A DNA stretch of 64,000 bases from Vitrella brassicaformis CCMP3155 (GCA_001179505.1 CDMY01001040.1:155056-219055), one strand, 5' to 3'. Positions 36,801 to 51,200 are shown, numbered from the stretch's first letter. Notes: a model not told the origin generated them from the sequence alone. Translations and numbers: made by a program.

Positions 36801-38132
36801 CCTCACCGGCACGTAGTGGCCAGTCGTCCACGCCGCCACGTGGCAGCGAGGCGGCTGCAATGGGGGCGGCTGGCATGTCGCCTCTTCCTGTCGTGACGCC
36901 CTCGCCCCCCGCGGCCTCGTTTCCCTCTCCCTCCAGTGAGTCGCCATCGTCCCATTCCAGCCACGTGATGAAGGCCGGCCGCAAGAGCTCTTCTCGCCTG
37001 ACCGACAAGCCCCGACATCATGGCTCGCCCCCGCCTGACGTGTCGCCGTCATCCCCAGACCCGTATCTCTCACCCGACGGCTGGTACTCGCCCCGACAGT
37101 CGGCAGATGACCATGACCATCCACATGCGACCACCAGCACGGTTGACGAGATCCAGGCGTGTCTGGAGCGGATTTTGGAGAGCGACGGCAGCGAGGGCGA
37201 CCGGCAGCAGCTGGCCAAGAAACTGGAGGAGGCCCTCATACAGGGACAAACGGTGTGCTATGAGGCAGCCGAGGAGGGCGAGAGAGGGGAGGGCGGGGGG
37301 GAAGAGGACGGTGCTGCGTTGTCGCATGAGCCTGCCATCGCAACCGCCACGCCAGAGTCCGGAGAGAGCCCGGCCATGGCCTCCCCGTCAGGGGAGACGA
37401 CAGACGGTGTGGCGACGGCCAAGGCGGAGGAGAAGGCGCATCTCGAGAAGCTCATCGTAAGCTCATTTCAGTCGTTGCGTATCCATCCATCCATACGTGT
37501 GGTATATGTATGGGCGCGTGGTTGTGTCTCAGGTATCCATGTCGCTCAAGGCGGCGATGGCCAACATTTCCTCGTCCCCACAACACGCCGCCCCCCAGAA
37601 CGCCCCGACGCTCCCCGGCGGCTCCGATCACACAGAGGTTGATGGGGCCGTGCCTGAGATGCCGATCAACGACCGAATCATGCACATATTTCACCAGGCC
37701 GAGAAGCGCCGGGCTGAGCGGGACCGACTGGCCATGGAGGCCAACCGCAACCATCCATACGAGGAGGACGATTCCCCCGTTCCGCCGCCACCCCCTCCTC
37801 CGCCCCCTCCGCCATACTACGCCAACGACACACCAACATCATCATCCTATCGCAGCAGCACCAAAGACCGCCCCAAACGAACACTTCAGCGGTATCGGGC
37901 CCGGACTGGCACAGACAACCGCGGGGCTGGGCGCCCAAAGCAGGGCGGTGGTGGTGGTCGTCATCAGCACCATCATGTGGCTGCGTCTGGCGATGAGGAC
38001 ACTGACCGGCCTAAGAACGCTCCATGGGCCACGGGTCCGCAGAGTGAGGGGCGGACTCTGTTCAGGCGGGGCTGGGGTGGCCGCGGCGGGACGGGGCTGT
38101 TCTATCGGCAGAAGCAGCAGAAGAGACAGTAG
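33843..38132 (+). CDS. Pumilio/PUF-like helical repeat protein with disordered N- and C-termini
   Basis: Multi-exon reconstruction gives repeats AEHRIGCLALQHI, LAVHPLGSRLVRAFL, LSDSESGSSLLRQMI, LTTRYGPSLIKDFI and VTARYAHVVIKA, resembling the PUF H/D.YG..V.Q pattern. The family call is inference. Confidence 0.55.
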
Positions 38133-38626
38133 ATAGATGGAAGATCGAGCCAAGCCAGCCAGCCAGCCAGTCGTACCCACAAACAGTCAGACAGTCGGAC
38201 AGAGAGACATCAGTCAGGAGAGCGGCAGGCGAGGAAAGGAGAGGTCAGACCGACTCCAGGCTGTAGCATGATGGATGGATGCCTGGTCGCATGGATGGCG
38301 TGTGGGGCCCGCCTGCCTGTCGTGTGCATACCTTCTTCATCTACGTGTACACGTGTGAGCGTGAGTAGCCGCCTGGCCGAACATCTCGCTGTCTGGCTGG
38401 CTGGCTGGCTGTCTGTCTGGCTGGTCGAATGGCTGATTGCAAGTGCGATAGTGTACGATCCATCGCTGACTGCGGACCTCCGCTGCGTGAGAGAGAGAGA
38501 GAGACCTCCATGCAATTCAACGAGGCCCAAAATCGTATTGGCCCTCAATACAAACAAGAACTGTCCCTTCCTCTAGACTCTATTCTTCTCTTATCCACAA
38601 CACTCCAGCCAACTACGTACTTAGTG

Positions 38627-41600
38627 CTACTGCCTCCGTGCACCCACGGGTGACCTGCCTCCTCGAGCACTGCGCTGCGGCGTTGCCATGCCCGATGAAG
38701 GCTCGTATGTTGGCGGCTCCTCGTCTGTCGCGCTGTCGCTGTCACCTGACCCACTCTCCTCCTCCCATATAACGTCTTCTAGGGAGATGGCCACGCCGCC
38801 ACGAGACGCTGTCGACCTCTGCTCATAGGCATACACACAAAGAGAGACACAGCGAGGGAAGAGGCGGGTGGTGTGTGTTGGGGGGCTTTGCCGTCTATGT
38901 CGTCTGACCTTTCTGGCGCTGGCCCGCCTCGAAGAAGATCGGCGCCGCATGAGGCTGTGTTGCCGCTCGCTCAGCACAAAGTAGGTCCGCATCTCACCTG
39001 CCATACAACAAAGGTGGAGAGACATGTTATTGATTGAGATGGATGGCATCGTGGTGCGAGTGGCGTACTACCTTTGCCTTTGACATAGATGGTGCCGCGG
39101 TCCTCACACTCAAAGTCTTGCTGCACACGACAGACAGACAGACAGACAGACAGGAGATGAGTGGCACCGATGTGCTATCACCTGAATGAGTTTGTATGTG
39201 GACTCCGAGATGTGCACACGACTGGGCTCGCCGTGAGACTGCGTGAGCAATGAATGAGTGAGTGGGGACAAATGGGGTGGAGTGCCAGAGTGTCTCTTCT
39301 GTGTCTTGTGTGTATGTGTGTGTGTGTGTGTGTGTATGGTGAGCACCTCCATTCGTGATGCGGTGTTGATGGCATCACCTGGATGCAGGCAGGCAGGCAG
39401 GCAGACAGGAGAAATAAGAGAAAGGCTATTCATTCATCAGACAAGCAGTGCTCTCACCCCAGACGTCATATGTGAACTTTTTGGTCACGATCACACCGGC
39501 CACGCAGTTCCCTGAACACCAACCAACCAAAGAGACGGACACAGCCATTCACCCATCAAGCTTCTTGGCGAGCCCAGCCAACGCTGCACGAATGGATCCA
39601 GTCATTCACTCACCGCTGTGGACGCCGATGCGTATCTGTATCTGCTCGTGAAGGTCATTCCGGAACTGCTTCATCGCAACCTGGGGCGACACGTACGCGT
39701 CATAAGATACGAGCGGTGTGTGCCCTCTGTGTGTGTCTGGCTGACGATCATCTGGAGTGCCATTCTGCAGCAGTCCCTTGCGTGGTGGTCGCTGGGCAAA
39801 GGCACGCCCCCCGCGGCCATGTACGCGTCGCCGATGGTCTTGATCTTCTCCAGACCATTGGCCGCCGCACACCCGTCGAAGACGACAAATATCTTGTTCA
39901 AAAGGGCCACCAGCCTGCACTCATTCCCGGGTGCCGCTGCATGGACGGACCTGTGGCTGGCCTGGTGTGTTGTATTGCATTACTTGATCGGTGAGATTCG
40001 TGACGACATGACTGTGAAGCCAACGATGTCTGCAGACAGGCGGAAGAGGAGGAGACGGACAACGAGCGGCCTCCGGCATCATTCTGTCTCTCTGTCTGTC
40101 TGTCTGTCTGTCTGTCCGCCCATGAATGCACGCACCCCACCTGAGAAGAGGATGCTGGCCTCATCGAAGGCCTCGGCCATGTTGAGCCTGAGAGACACAC
40201 GTCGCTCCAGCCTCCATATCCCCTTGCCCCTCCCAGCGGCCCCCCGCCTACCTGGCGTCTGAGTCGGTCATGAACTTCTGCACGACATGTTTGGGCAGGA
40301 TGTTGAGCAGCAGCGCATCGGACCGCGCATTCTCCGCTATCACCTGACACGGCGCGCCATGACACAATTATTTATCGACCCTCATGTGATTGATGCGATG
40401 ATCGCATCCGTGCTCACTGTTTTGGCGAGCAGGAAGTCTTTCCTGGCCTGGACCTCCAAGATGTAGTTGAGGACGAGGATCATCAGACACCGATACGCGG
40501 CGTACTGCACACGCAGTGGACAATTCAGGCATACGCTCTCCTCTCCGCGTGATCTTTCTGTCCGTGACTTCTTACTTACTGTCCACTCGTAGTATCTTGT
40601 GAAGATGTGGTCCGGCTCCGCAAACTCGTCCGCAAACTCGGAGGCCTAACAAGGAGGGCGGAGTGAGGTGAGTGTGTCCGCATATGTATTCACTGAGGTG
40701 CAGTGCAGTGCACTCGACTCCCAACTTTCCTTGCCGTGGCCAGCACGGCAAAGATGGCGCACAGGCCAAGGAAGACGATGAACCTGGTAGATCGATCGGC
40801 CGATGAGTTAAAAGGAATGTCACGTGTGCGCCTGTCTGTCTCCCATCCCTGCCGAGCCGAGCGCCATGGATGGATGGATGGCCTACCTACCGAATTCTGA
40901 ATAGTGTGCCTGCGATAATGAGGAAGGCCACCACAGTGTCGTTTTCGGTGCCCGATCTGCCGTGTTGGGTAGTGATCCTCAGGCGCATAAGCAGCAGCAT
41001 GGTCAGCCTGACACAAACAAGGATGAGATTGAGGCATATATCTGTCACTGGATGCTTGGTTCGTTGCTTGTACCCACATGGTGCCGAAAACCATCATGGC
41101 CATGTTGGCTTGCAACCGCCGCTTGAACCAATCTGGTGGACACACCCCACCCACAAGACAAGACAGACCTCGATCACTGTCAGACGCCTACGCATGATGC
41201 ACACAGAGCTGAGTGCTGGCTGACTGACTTTTGGTGGTGTAGAAGAGCAGCAGCACCAGCACACACCACGGGAAGATCACACTCTGACCACAGACACACC
41301 ACGTAACAGACAGACAGACAGACAGTGATCCCTCCATCTCAATCAGTACTGGGTGTGTCTCTGTGTGTGGCTAACACGCCATGGATCATTCGCATACTCT
41401 TCCCTTTGGCCATCCTCTGCAGCGGAGCCGTCACGCTCGCAATGATCGCTGAACACACAAGGGCACATGCGTCGGTTGGCAGTGTGTGTGTGTGTGTGCC
41501 GGCTGGCAGAGTGCTGTGTCTCCCATGCACACCGACCGAATGCGGTGAGCATCCACAGTGCGAGCACCACCAGCTTGACCGACCGCCGCACATAGTCCTC

Positions 41601-42587
41601 CTGAAATGTCGTCTGAGACTCACACACATCAACGTTCGCGATGGATGACCCATACGGACAGCGACGACACAGAAACATGTGCTGTGTGTCTGCCTGCCTG
41701 CCTGCCTGCCTGCCAGTGTGGATTGGCTACCTCCATGTCTTTTTGTTCGAACTCCAGGGTGAGAAAGTGCATCGACGCCCCGTGTCGCTGCCATATGTCC
41801 TTGCGCTTGACGCGGCTGGCGTCCTCACTGTAGCCCTCCTGAAACAACTTGAAACGACGCGGGAGAAGCCTGCGCATAGCATACACGTGGATGAAGTTAA
41901 CACGACGGCCGTTTCTTGCAAGGCGTGCAGGGGCGTATGTACTCTCTGTTGAAGGTGTATCTGAGGAGTCCGGTGCTCTTCCTCTTCTTGCCCCCCACAA
42001 GATTCTCCAACACTATCTCCTCACTGAAAAGACAACCAAGAAGGAGACGCAAGCAAGGCTAAAGCTGTGTGTTTGTCTGGGTGTCCGTCAGGTCATGCAT
42101 CTGTTTGTCTGTCTGTCATGTTGTCTGCGTACAGTTGTGTGGCGTCGGTAGGGTGTCTGGAAGTCCCCCTGAACGACTCCCAGAAGCTCTTCCGCACGGG
42201 CGACTGACCAGACGGCGACTTGGGCACCCCCAGTTGACCAGCAGCCGTGGCCGAGGTGAGGGAGCCGCCCTTCCGTGGCTGGTCACCCGCCTCCACATCC
42301 ACCTCCAGAGCCGCCATGTTGGGAGCGCTCGCGAACCCAACCATCCTGCTAGGGGAGTGTGGCCGCGGGGGGACCGCAGCAGCAGCTGCAGGCGCTGCAG
42401 GCGCTGGTGGAGTTGGCTCAGGGGGTGCTTCAGTGTCGAAGGGGCCGCCGAAGGATGTGGTGCGGATTTGCTCTGCGCCGGCCTCTTGTTGCGGCTGCAC
42501 TGGGTGCTCCTCCTCCTCTTGTTCTGGTGGGAGTGCAGGCAGGAGGGGCTGCTTGCCTCTGCTCTCCGATGTGGAACCGGTCTCCAT
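38627..42587 (-). CDS. Transmembrane class III adenylate cyclase, single catalytic domain
   Basis: LEFEQKDMEEDY, hydrophobic exons, SDALLLNILPKHV, ASILFSD|IVGFTVMSS, LEKIKTIGDAYMAAGG, IRIGVHSG|NCVAGVI..FTYDVWG|DAINTASRME|SHG, VKGKG|EMRTY. Confidence 0.93.
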
Positions 42588-42969
42588 GTTATCGCCGTCC
42601 GTGTCGGGAGAAAGAGAGGGGAGAAGAGGAAGAGGGAGGCAGTGCATGCATGCATGCAGACTGGGGGCGCCCCCAGGCTCCGCGAATCAATCGTCGTGAC
42701 GGTCGGGATTTGTCAATTCATCGCCACAATGCCAGGGGGACTCAGGAATTGCCACGGTAAAGCAGCTGTCTCTTATGCGATGGTGCAGCTTTGCACTGCC
42801 ATGTACAACCTCAAGGCGATCGCCGAACAGGAGGGCGTGGGGCGTCCCTGGTCGTCAATCGCTCAGAGGCGGCCACTGGACAGTGCGAAAGCCACAGCAA
42901 GACAATCAGGCTGTTCCACCCACGCAGAGACCATCAACACTATCCGCATTGTTCCTTTCGTCAAGGTCG

Positions 42970-44586
42970 TCAGGAGAAGAGAGCATTAAGCGTCGAGAAA
43001 GTGCCGTACCCCACCAGCAGCCCTCCCGTGACCGGTGTGATCCACCGCAGCCCCTCACGCCCCTCACCCTGCGTCAGCAACTGCGCCAGCCGGCCGCTAG
43101 CCGTCCCGGCCGCCACCACTGGCGAAGCGTAGCCCAGTGTGTATGCAAAGAGGAGGGCGGCACCCAGCAGGGGATCGCCGGTCGACGCCACGTATCCCAG
43201 CAGAGCGGTAAGGACCGGGGTGGAACAGGGGGTGGCGATCAACGCAGACGTCACACCTGTACGTGTGGGGGGGGNNNNNNNNNNNNNNNNNNNNNNNNNN
43301 NNNNNNNNNNNNNNNNNNNNNNNNNNNNNNNNNNNNNNNNNNNNNNNNNNNNNNNNNNNNNNNNNNNNNNNNNNNNNNNNNNNNNNNNNNNNNNNNNNNN
43401 NNNNNNNNNNNNNNNNNNNNNNNNNNNNNNNNNNNNNNNNNNNNNNNNNNNNNNNNNNNNNNNNNNNNNNNNNNNNNNNNNNNNNNNNNNNNNNNNNNNN
43501 NNNNNNNNNNNNNNNNNNNNNNNNNNNNNNNNNNNNNNNNNNNNNNNNNNNNNNNNNNNNNNNNNNNNNNNNNNGGGGGGGTGCACACAGCACAAACAGA
43601 ACAGATGAGGAAGGAGCGAGGGTGGTTCTCCCCTCGTTCCCATTTCCATCTGTCTGTCTGTGTGTGTCTGCTCACCGAAGAGGAAGTCCTGCAGCGCCTT
43701 TGGCAGCTTACGGCCCTCATCCAGCTCTCCCCCGTCGAAAGCAGGAAACGAGATACTCACCAGATTCAGCACATTCAGCCCCATGACCACCGCCAACACA
43801 CTGGCAGCCACAGGCACTATCCTCTCGGCCGGCCCGCTCGTCTGCCCGAAGAGCCCCATACCCAGCAGACTCGCCCCCAGCCCGAGTGACGACAGGGCCG
43901 TGGCCAGGCCGGCCGCAAACATGAGGGAGGACGATAGCGGGATGGGCGGGGGGCGGGAGGGGTCGTCGGTGGGTGTGGATGAATCACCGGCCAGGTAGGC
44001 AATGGTTAGGGGCAGCAGGGAGAGGGCACAGGGCGAGAGGGACGTCACAAGGCCAGACAGATAGAGGACGGCAAGGCTCACGGGCGTCAAGTGGGACAGC
44101 TGAAGCAGCAAGGAAGGAAACACACAGCAAATTAAATACATAATCTGGAGCATCAAACCGCATCAAACTGCACCCAGTGGATGTGTGTGGTTGGCGCACC
44201 CACCTGATAGGCGACGATGTCGCCGGCTGTCTGCTGCACGTCAAAGATGAGGAGGCCCAGCTCATCCTGCACACTGAACTGCATCTCAGTCCTGCCAGAT
44301 GGCCTCACAACTGGCCGATGAAACGAGGATCTGACGCGCAGCTGGTCGAGAGCCAACTCCAGAGGCAAACAAACCAATGGCATGGTAATCGTCAGATCTA
44401 CCCTGTCTATCGTCCTCAGCTCACCTGTGCATGGCGTGGCTGCAAAGCGGATGGCCCGAGCCCTCGATAAGGATGAGCAAAGGCTGGAGAGCGCCTGACG
44501 GACGACGCGGCTGCATTCGTCGGACCAGAGCAACTCAGCCATGGAACTGCGAGGACGAAAGAGACAAGTAGTCCCCAAGGCGTCAT
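42970..44586 (-). CDS. ccdA: Cytochrome c biogenesis protein CcdA (DsbD beta-domain), plastid-targeted
   Basis: Leader MTPWGLLVSFVLAVPWLSCSG plus a Ser/Arg/Ala-rich transit region; LSGLVTSLSPCALSLLP and FG|VTSALIATPCSTPVL carry both catalytic Cys. The N-gap falls inside an intron. Confidence 0.92.
43275..43574. other. Assembly gap (300 N) flanked by G homopolymers, inside a ccdA intron
   Basis: Seen directly. Confidence 1.
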
Positions 44587-44813
44587 TGTCGCTTGATCCC
44601 GTAGACGAAGTCTGACCAGCGAGGCTTCTGGTGCCAGGCAAGCTTAGCTCGCATGTGGCGGACAGGGCAGGGAGCAAAAGGCGGCGGATCTGGATCACAA
44701 TGCCGCGAGGCGAGACTCGAGAGGTGCACTAAGGACTTTAGCCTGATTTCCCAGACCGCAGAAGCATAGATACCGGAAGTGGAGAGGCTTTCGCAGCTTT
44801 GCCGAGCGGGCAG

Positions 44814-47800
44814 ATGTCAGGTCGCTGGCAGGAGCGCGGCAGATGGGAGGACAGCAATGCTGACACTGTGGACTGGCCACAGCCTTCCCGCAGCCCAGGC
44901 CCATCACAGCGCTACGACACGTCGGACGGCAGGTCCAGCACCTCGATGAGCCGAGAAGGGGTAAGTCGACAGACAATGCAGTTGGGGAAGGGAGAAGGTG
45001 ACAGACACAAACATCCATGTGCGTCATGCATGTCATGTGCTTGTCATGTCATTCAGGCAACTGGCGGCCCTCGCGACGGTCTGCCGCCTCCCAACCTGCG
45101 GTCGGTGGCGTACAAGCACACCGCCAAGACCTACACCCCAGCCCGCGCCAACCGTCTGCCCGACATGACCGGCGCCTCACATCGCCGCGCCTCAGCCCCT
45201 GAAGAACAGGACCTTCCCCACGACACACCGGCGAGCAACTGCACCTACCCTCAGGACGGTCTCTCCTCGTCAGAGGAATATCAGCATCAGCAGGAGGGCT
45301 GGGACAGCCGCTCCGACGCGGCCATGAACTACGGCACAGAAGGCAACAACGAGCAGCCGTATTCGGGACAGAACTACTACACCGACTATGACTACAACCA
45401 CAGCGCCAGCTATGAGGATCTGCAAGGGCATCCTGGGTACGATGGCTACAACAGCGGCGGCTACATGGATGACTCGGAAGCTGCCCATGATCAGCACTAC
45501 CCCGGAGACCACTACGGCGATCTGGAGGGGGATGACAGCCCCAGCTTCGCCCCAGCCCCGCCCGTCAACCCATTTGAGAGCGACGAGGAGGGCGGCTCGC
45601 CAGGCCCATACCGACACACCGCGGGAGACCAAGACGACGAGCAGCAGAGGAGACTCCTCGTGTAAGTGGGCACGGCGATCAACAGACAGACAGACAGACA
45701 GACAGACAGGTGGCCATTTAGGTGGGGTGCTCACTCTGCGGTTCTTTGCTGTGTATGTGTTGTGTGTCAGGGCGCAGCTGTTGGATGCCAAGAAGGAGCG
45801 TGAGGAGCTGGAGCGTCAGGTGGTGACGCGGCTCCAGACCTGGCCCAAAGGCCAACACGGCATCGACTGGGCATTCTGCGGCAGGCCCTCACCCATCGCG
45901 GCTCCTGACCCCTCCCAGGTGCCCCCACAGCCATTCGCCAACATGGAAGCCGCCACCCACCCACACGCACAGCAGCATGACAACCATGCGGCCGACGGGG
46001 GGCAGCGCGACGGCCAAGGTGACCAGCAGCCGTCACCCCTCCCCCACCACCATGAGCTGGACTACCACACTGCCGGCCACCCCCACCCTTCAGAGGTGCC
46101 TGCTGCATTCGTCGAGGAAGGCAGCCAGCTGGTGGGGAGCTTCAATGCGAGCTTCACACACGGCGACATGAATGGGGTGAATGGGCCGATGGGGAGTGGC
46201 GCCGCGGACCACCCTGGCTTCACTCCCGAAGACAAGAGGCTGGTGTATGGGCTTGACACCCACCACCCCGACTATAGCCTGGTGGGCCACTCTGAGGGCG
46301 AGAAGCGGGCCCGCGAGGCGCAGGAACGCGCCCGAATGCGGCAGACGGACGGCGACGTGCCGTGGCTCTTTGCAGTAAGGAACACGACACAGACAGACAG
46401 ACAAATAGAGAGAATCGTCCGTCGAGAGGGAATGTGTGCGAGTGTGTGTGTGTGCTGATAGGATTTCGGCGGCACTCTAGTGTTGGATGACGAGGCGCGT
46501 GCGTGCGGTGCTGAGGGCGAGTTCGCCGACATATTCGACATAGTCGACGAAGAGTACTGGACGGAGCGATACAACGCGGTGAGTGAGTTGAGGGAGACAA
46601 GGACAAGGAGCGACTTGACTTGAGAGGTAGTCAGTCAACTGTGCTGTTCTGTGTGCGGATGGATGGATGGCTCTATTCCCTCCCTGCCGCCCTCGCCCGT
46701 CACGTCCCCTGCCTGCATCCATCCACAGGACCCCGAGTACTGGAACAGTCGGGGCATGTTCATCGACGACAAGGACACCTGGATAAACCCCATGGCCGAT
46801 CATCGGGGCGTCCAAGGTAGGTGGCCTTGCCGGCCTTGCGCACCATATCATGTCTGTATGTCTGTCTGTCTGCGTGGTGTGGCTGCAGGTGTGTGTGACG
46901 GGCGGCCCAAGTTGGAGGAGGCCAACATCGGGGTGCCCGACGAGACGCACGCCGCCACCGCCGCCAACCTCATCCTCGGCGACTGGCTGCAGAGCGCCAA
47001 ACAAGACGCCATGATGCAGGTACGTGTGTATGCAGCGCAGCCAGACACACCACACGGCCAACGCACACAGTAAGTACATGTGCTGCTGTCGGTGTGTCGT
47101 TCCTCTCCATTCAGAAGAAGGAAGAGCCGGTCAGTGGCCGCCCACACACATCATTGGGCAAATGAGCACCCGCTGAACGAGCATCGCCCCGCATCTCATG
47201 TGTGTGTATGTGTGTGTTGCAATGAATGCAGAGGCGGCGTGTGGTCAACAAGGAGGATTTGGATGAGGGCGTCAAGACCCTGGTCACCGAACAGTTCGGC
47301 CGCTTTGTCGAGGCCCTCGAGAAGGGAGACAAATGTAAGTAACTAACCACATCTACACACACATGAACAAAGCCAGACAAAGAGACCTGCACACACTTCA
47401 GTCAGTCGGTCCATCGGTTGGTTCGGTTCGTTTAAACAGGGGTTGGGTGGGAGGAGGGCGGCGAGTACGCCCATCTGGCCGCCCAGTACCCCAACGACCT
47501 CACCGGACGACTCAAGCTCATGTACGAAAACATCGGTACGTATCTACGTGTGGAGTGGACGGGACGAGTGAGTGCACCACACACCTCACCCGCCCTCGAT
47601 CATTGAATCAACCATAGATAGCCACGGCCTGTCAGTCTCCACCGTGTGTGTGCCTGTCCTTGTTGTCTCTCTCTGTGTGTCTGTGTGTTTGTTCAGAGCA
47701 GCTAGCATTCGGCAACAGGCTGGTGGACATCGTGCCCAGTGAGGCGTGGGGCAAGTGGCACGACTGGAGGAGGCAGCACAACGTTGTCAAACGACACAAC

Positions 47801-48017
47801 AAGGCCGCCCCCGGTGCGTTGCGTTGAGTGCAGTCAGGCCGAGCTCCGCTCTCACTTACTCACCACACCAACCAGAGCACGACAGACAAGAGAGCAGCTG
47901 TATGTGTGTGTGTTGATTCTTGTGTTGTGGCGTCCCTGTTCGCTGCCTGCAGGTTCCGCTCCCAACGAGTATCCCTCACTGGGGTTGGGTGCCGCGCCCA
48001 GCAAGCCAAAGCCATGA
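44814..48017 (+). CDS. Multi-exon hypothetical protein; acidic disordered N-half, Trp-rich C-terminal region
   Basis: ORFs 44799-45665 and 45388-46458 plus small exons (DIVDEEYWTERYNA|DPEYWNSRGMF.., ..EAWGKWHDWRRQHN..|GSAPNEYPSLGLGAAPSKPKP*). Confidence 0.65.
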
Positions 48018-48235
48018 TTAATGACAAGGGAGATGGATGGATGGATGGATGCGAGCGGTCGTTTGTGCTTCGACGCGACCGGCGTGTTTGGGTGTGTGAG
48101 AAGCGACTGGCTGGGGCAATATATATGTGCTGTCAGACTCTCCTGTTTCATCTTCCATGAAACACAGTACAGTTGCTGTGCTGCTGTATTTCCTTCCGTG
48201 TGGTGTGAAGGTCTGTCTCGCGCATCCCAAGAGGT

Positions 48236-51200
48236 TTGGCGTCAGGCAGCCTAGGACATTCCGTGAAACTGCTCGTCGCCAAAAGGTTTGACGGACACGT
48301 CGTGGAATTCGGAGTGCAGATCATCTTTCGCCTTTGCCGAGCAGCAGGAGCAGCAGCAGACACAGCAAGGCGCATTGCGCCTGGAGAGATCCTCGGCGCA
48401 TCCCTCAGGCTACGGTGTCAGGAGCTCGGCAGCGGACGCCTCTCTGCGTCCACCAGCACGGCGGTCAGCGGGCACGAGCTGTCCTGTTACGACCAAAAAG
48501 GATGGCAACAGCTCGTCGTGACGAAGATAAAGGAGGCCACGAAAGACGCCACGCCCTTGCATCATGCAGCCAGTGAAGCCTCACGCTCACAGGCACGGCC
48601 AGTCCATCCAGCTCGGCATCCGGCGGCTGGCATCGGCTATGGGACAAGGAGAGGCCTCAGCAGAACAGTGACAGCACCGGCTCGCCAGTGGACCCTGGGG
48701 AGAAGGTGGCGTCGGCGGCACACGCTGCCTCTGCGGCAGGGCCAGATGGGACTGAAGGAGCGGGTAGTGGTGATGCCGCTGCTGTGATAGAGAATGGGGA
48801 ATCTGCGAACCACGGTGCAGGTGAGTTGAAGGGATGAAGCACCAATATACATATGACTTGTTACGCCCTTCGTATGTGTGTGTGCTTTGGTCAGGCGCTT
48901 GTGAGGCCCCGCCCACCTCTCCCAAGGTGTCGCCCGCTCCTGCTGGCGACATCCACAGTGACGCGCACATGAGTGCGCCAGCGAAGGATGACCGATTTGG
49001 GGACGGTGCCAGTCGGCCATGTGCGGACCAGCTTCCAGACGGCAGGACGGGCGCCGCAGCATCGGCAGATGTGGCTGCATCATCCTCGTCTGGTGATCGC
49101 CGTGTCGAGTGTGTCAAGAAACAGCCACCCTCCGTGCCCAGCCCGTCCATGCCGTCTTGTGGCGCCGCCTTGCCAGGGAGCGTCAGGCCGACGGGTGGAG
49201 GCGATGTGAAGCAGCAGATGCAACAGGATAGCGCAGAAGCGAAGCTTGGTAGGAAACAGAGCAAACCACGCAGGACACGGAAAGGGAGAGGGCGTTCACC
49301 ATTTGCTTAACTGGTTGTCTTTTGGTGCATCAGGCCTTGTTGATGTGGGTGGCCCTGCTAGCCAGCGATCGTGTCAGCCACCCCCTACCTCTCTCGGCCC
49401 ATGTGAGGTCGCCTGTCCGCTGCAGAAGATGAGCTCGGCGCCGTCACCGCTGTTCCCGCCAGTCTATGGCGGTCCGCCACCACCACCCCTGCCGCCGCAT
49501 CGGCCCTTATTGGCTCCGCCTCCCCTCTATAGACCACGATTCGCATCACCCATGCACCCACCTATGATGCCACCGATCATGGCGGAGCAGCAGGACTTCC
49601 TCCCGGTGCACATGGCGCCACCATACCTGGGGCCTCCGATCAACCTCACGTTGACACATCCGACGGTGGGCAGTGTGGGGTGGGTGGACAGACGGATCCT
49701 CGTGAATGCATGATACGTTTGATGTTTGTCAATGTCAGGTGGAGGGAGTTGGGAGACGAGTGCAGCCTCCGATGGTCATGATGCCCGTGCCGATGCTGCC
49801 GCCGGGGGGTGTGGCGCCGCCGATTTTTGGCGGGGGAGGAGTGGGAATGAGAATGGCTGCAGGTGTGGGTGTGCGGGGAGGGGGTCAGCAGTCGCCAGGA
49901 GGGGACAGGATGCATGTGTATGTCGGTATCGGAGGCCCCCCGCATCCACCACCTGCAGGGCCACCCCCGGCACAGCCACCACCCCCACCATTCCCACCAC
50001 CCCCACCCTCTCCCCGTCCAATGGCCCCTCCCATGCAGGGGATCGATCGTCCGCTTGTATCACCACTTATGGCTCGCGTGCCAAGCGGCCAGGGCTGGGC
50101 AGCTGCCAACCAATACGAGGCTGCCCCCCACAGGCACGTGTACGATGCAGCTATACGGCGATCGCACGCGGCTGTCCACCCCGCTCCCTCTCCACTGGCG
50201 ACGGACGAGGCGGCGCCCCCAATGCCTCCAACCACTGCCGGTGAGAGACGCAGCCGCACGAGGGATCGGGATGGAAGTGGGTAAATGGCTCCTCTGTGCT
50301 CTCATTTCAGGCTTCAGCTTCCAGTCTCCCCCGATGCCGCACAAGTCGGACCACATGCGGCGCTTGCTGCCCCCTCCAAATGGGGAGGGACCGCCAGCTG
50401 CCCACATCGAGGCTGACAAGGCCCTCCTGCCGATCGCTCCGCTCGCCGATATGAACCGACCCTTGCAGCCGGCAAGGCATTCGGCCACCGACGAAGACGT
50501 CAGCATGGAACCACTCGCCAAGGGGGAGAAGGAAGAGAGCGAGGGTGCTATGGAGATAGAAGAGCGTCCCAGCTCTGTGCAGCAGAATGCCCCTCCTGGC
50601 GCTGCTTCGATGGATGGCGATGACATCCCACACTTCAGCGATTCTCCAATTCCGCAGCATGCAGCCCCGACTGTGTCCCTGGGTCAACAGAGTGCGGGTG
50701 GGCCAGCGGTGGTCGCCCACATCGAGGATGCGCTGGACGCTGATGAGGCGTCGAGGGACCACAACACGCTGCCTCTGACGGTCGACGGTCGGAGCTCGTC
50801 TTCCCCCCTCCGTGACGTGAAAGCCGCCTTCCGCGCCAAAGGAACCAAGGGCAGCAGCCAGTATGACCCCCTATACGACGGCCGCACTGTCTTTCTGGCT
50901 CCCAGCCCCTCCGGCACTCACGAGGATGCCGTCACTGCCATGGTCGGCCCCCTGACGTCAGGTCGGCAGGAGTTCTTCGTTCGAGGAAAGGTGCATCGCA
51001 TCCGGCGCAGCCCCTCTTACGACTTCAGCGACCTGACGGCCACGCTGGCCGAGGCGGGGCAGAAGACAGGCACCCTGCTGGATGACATTGTCGACGACGG
51101 CGGGCTGTCTGTGCTTGACGACAGTCGCCGTGACGGGCCGATGCGACCAACTGCGACGGGGGTCCTCAAAGGCTTGGTGCGGATTCGACTGGGCGCTGGA

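Noticed and set aside
42660-42990. Possible small plus-strand ORF between the cyclase and ccdA
   Set aside because: No motifs; likely the cyclase promoter region and ccdA 3' UTR.
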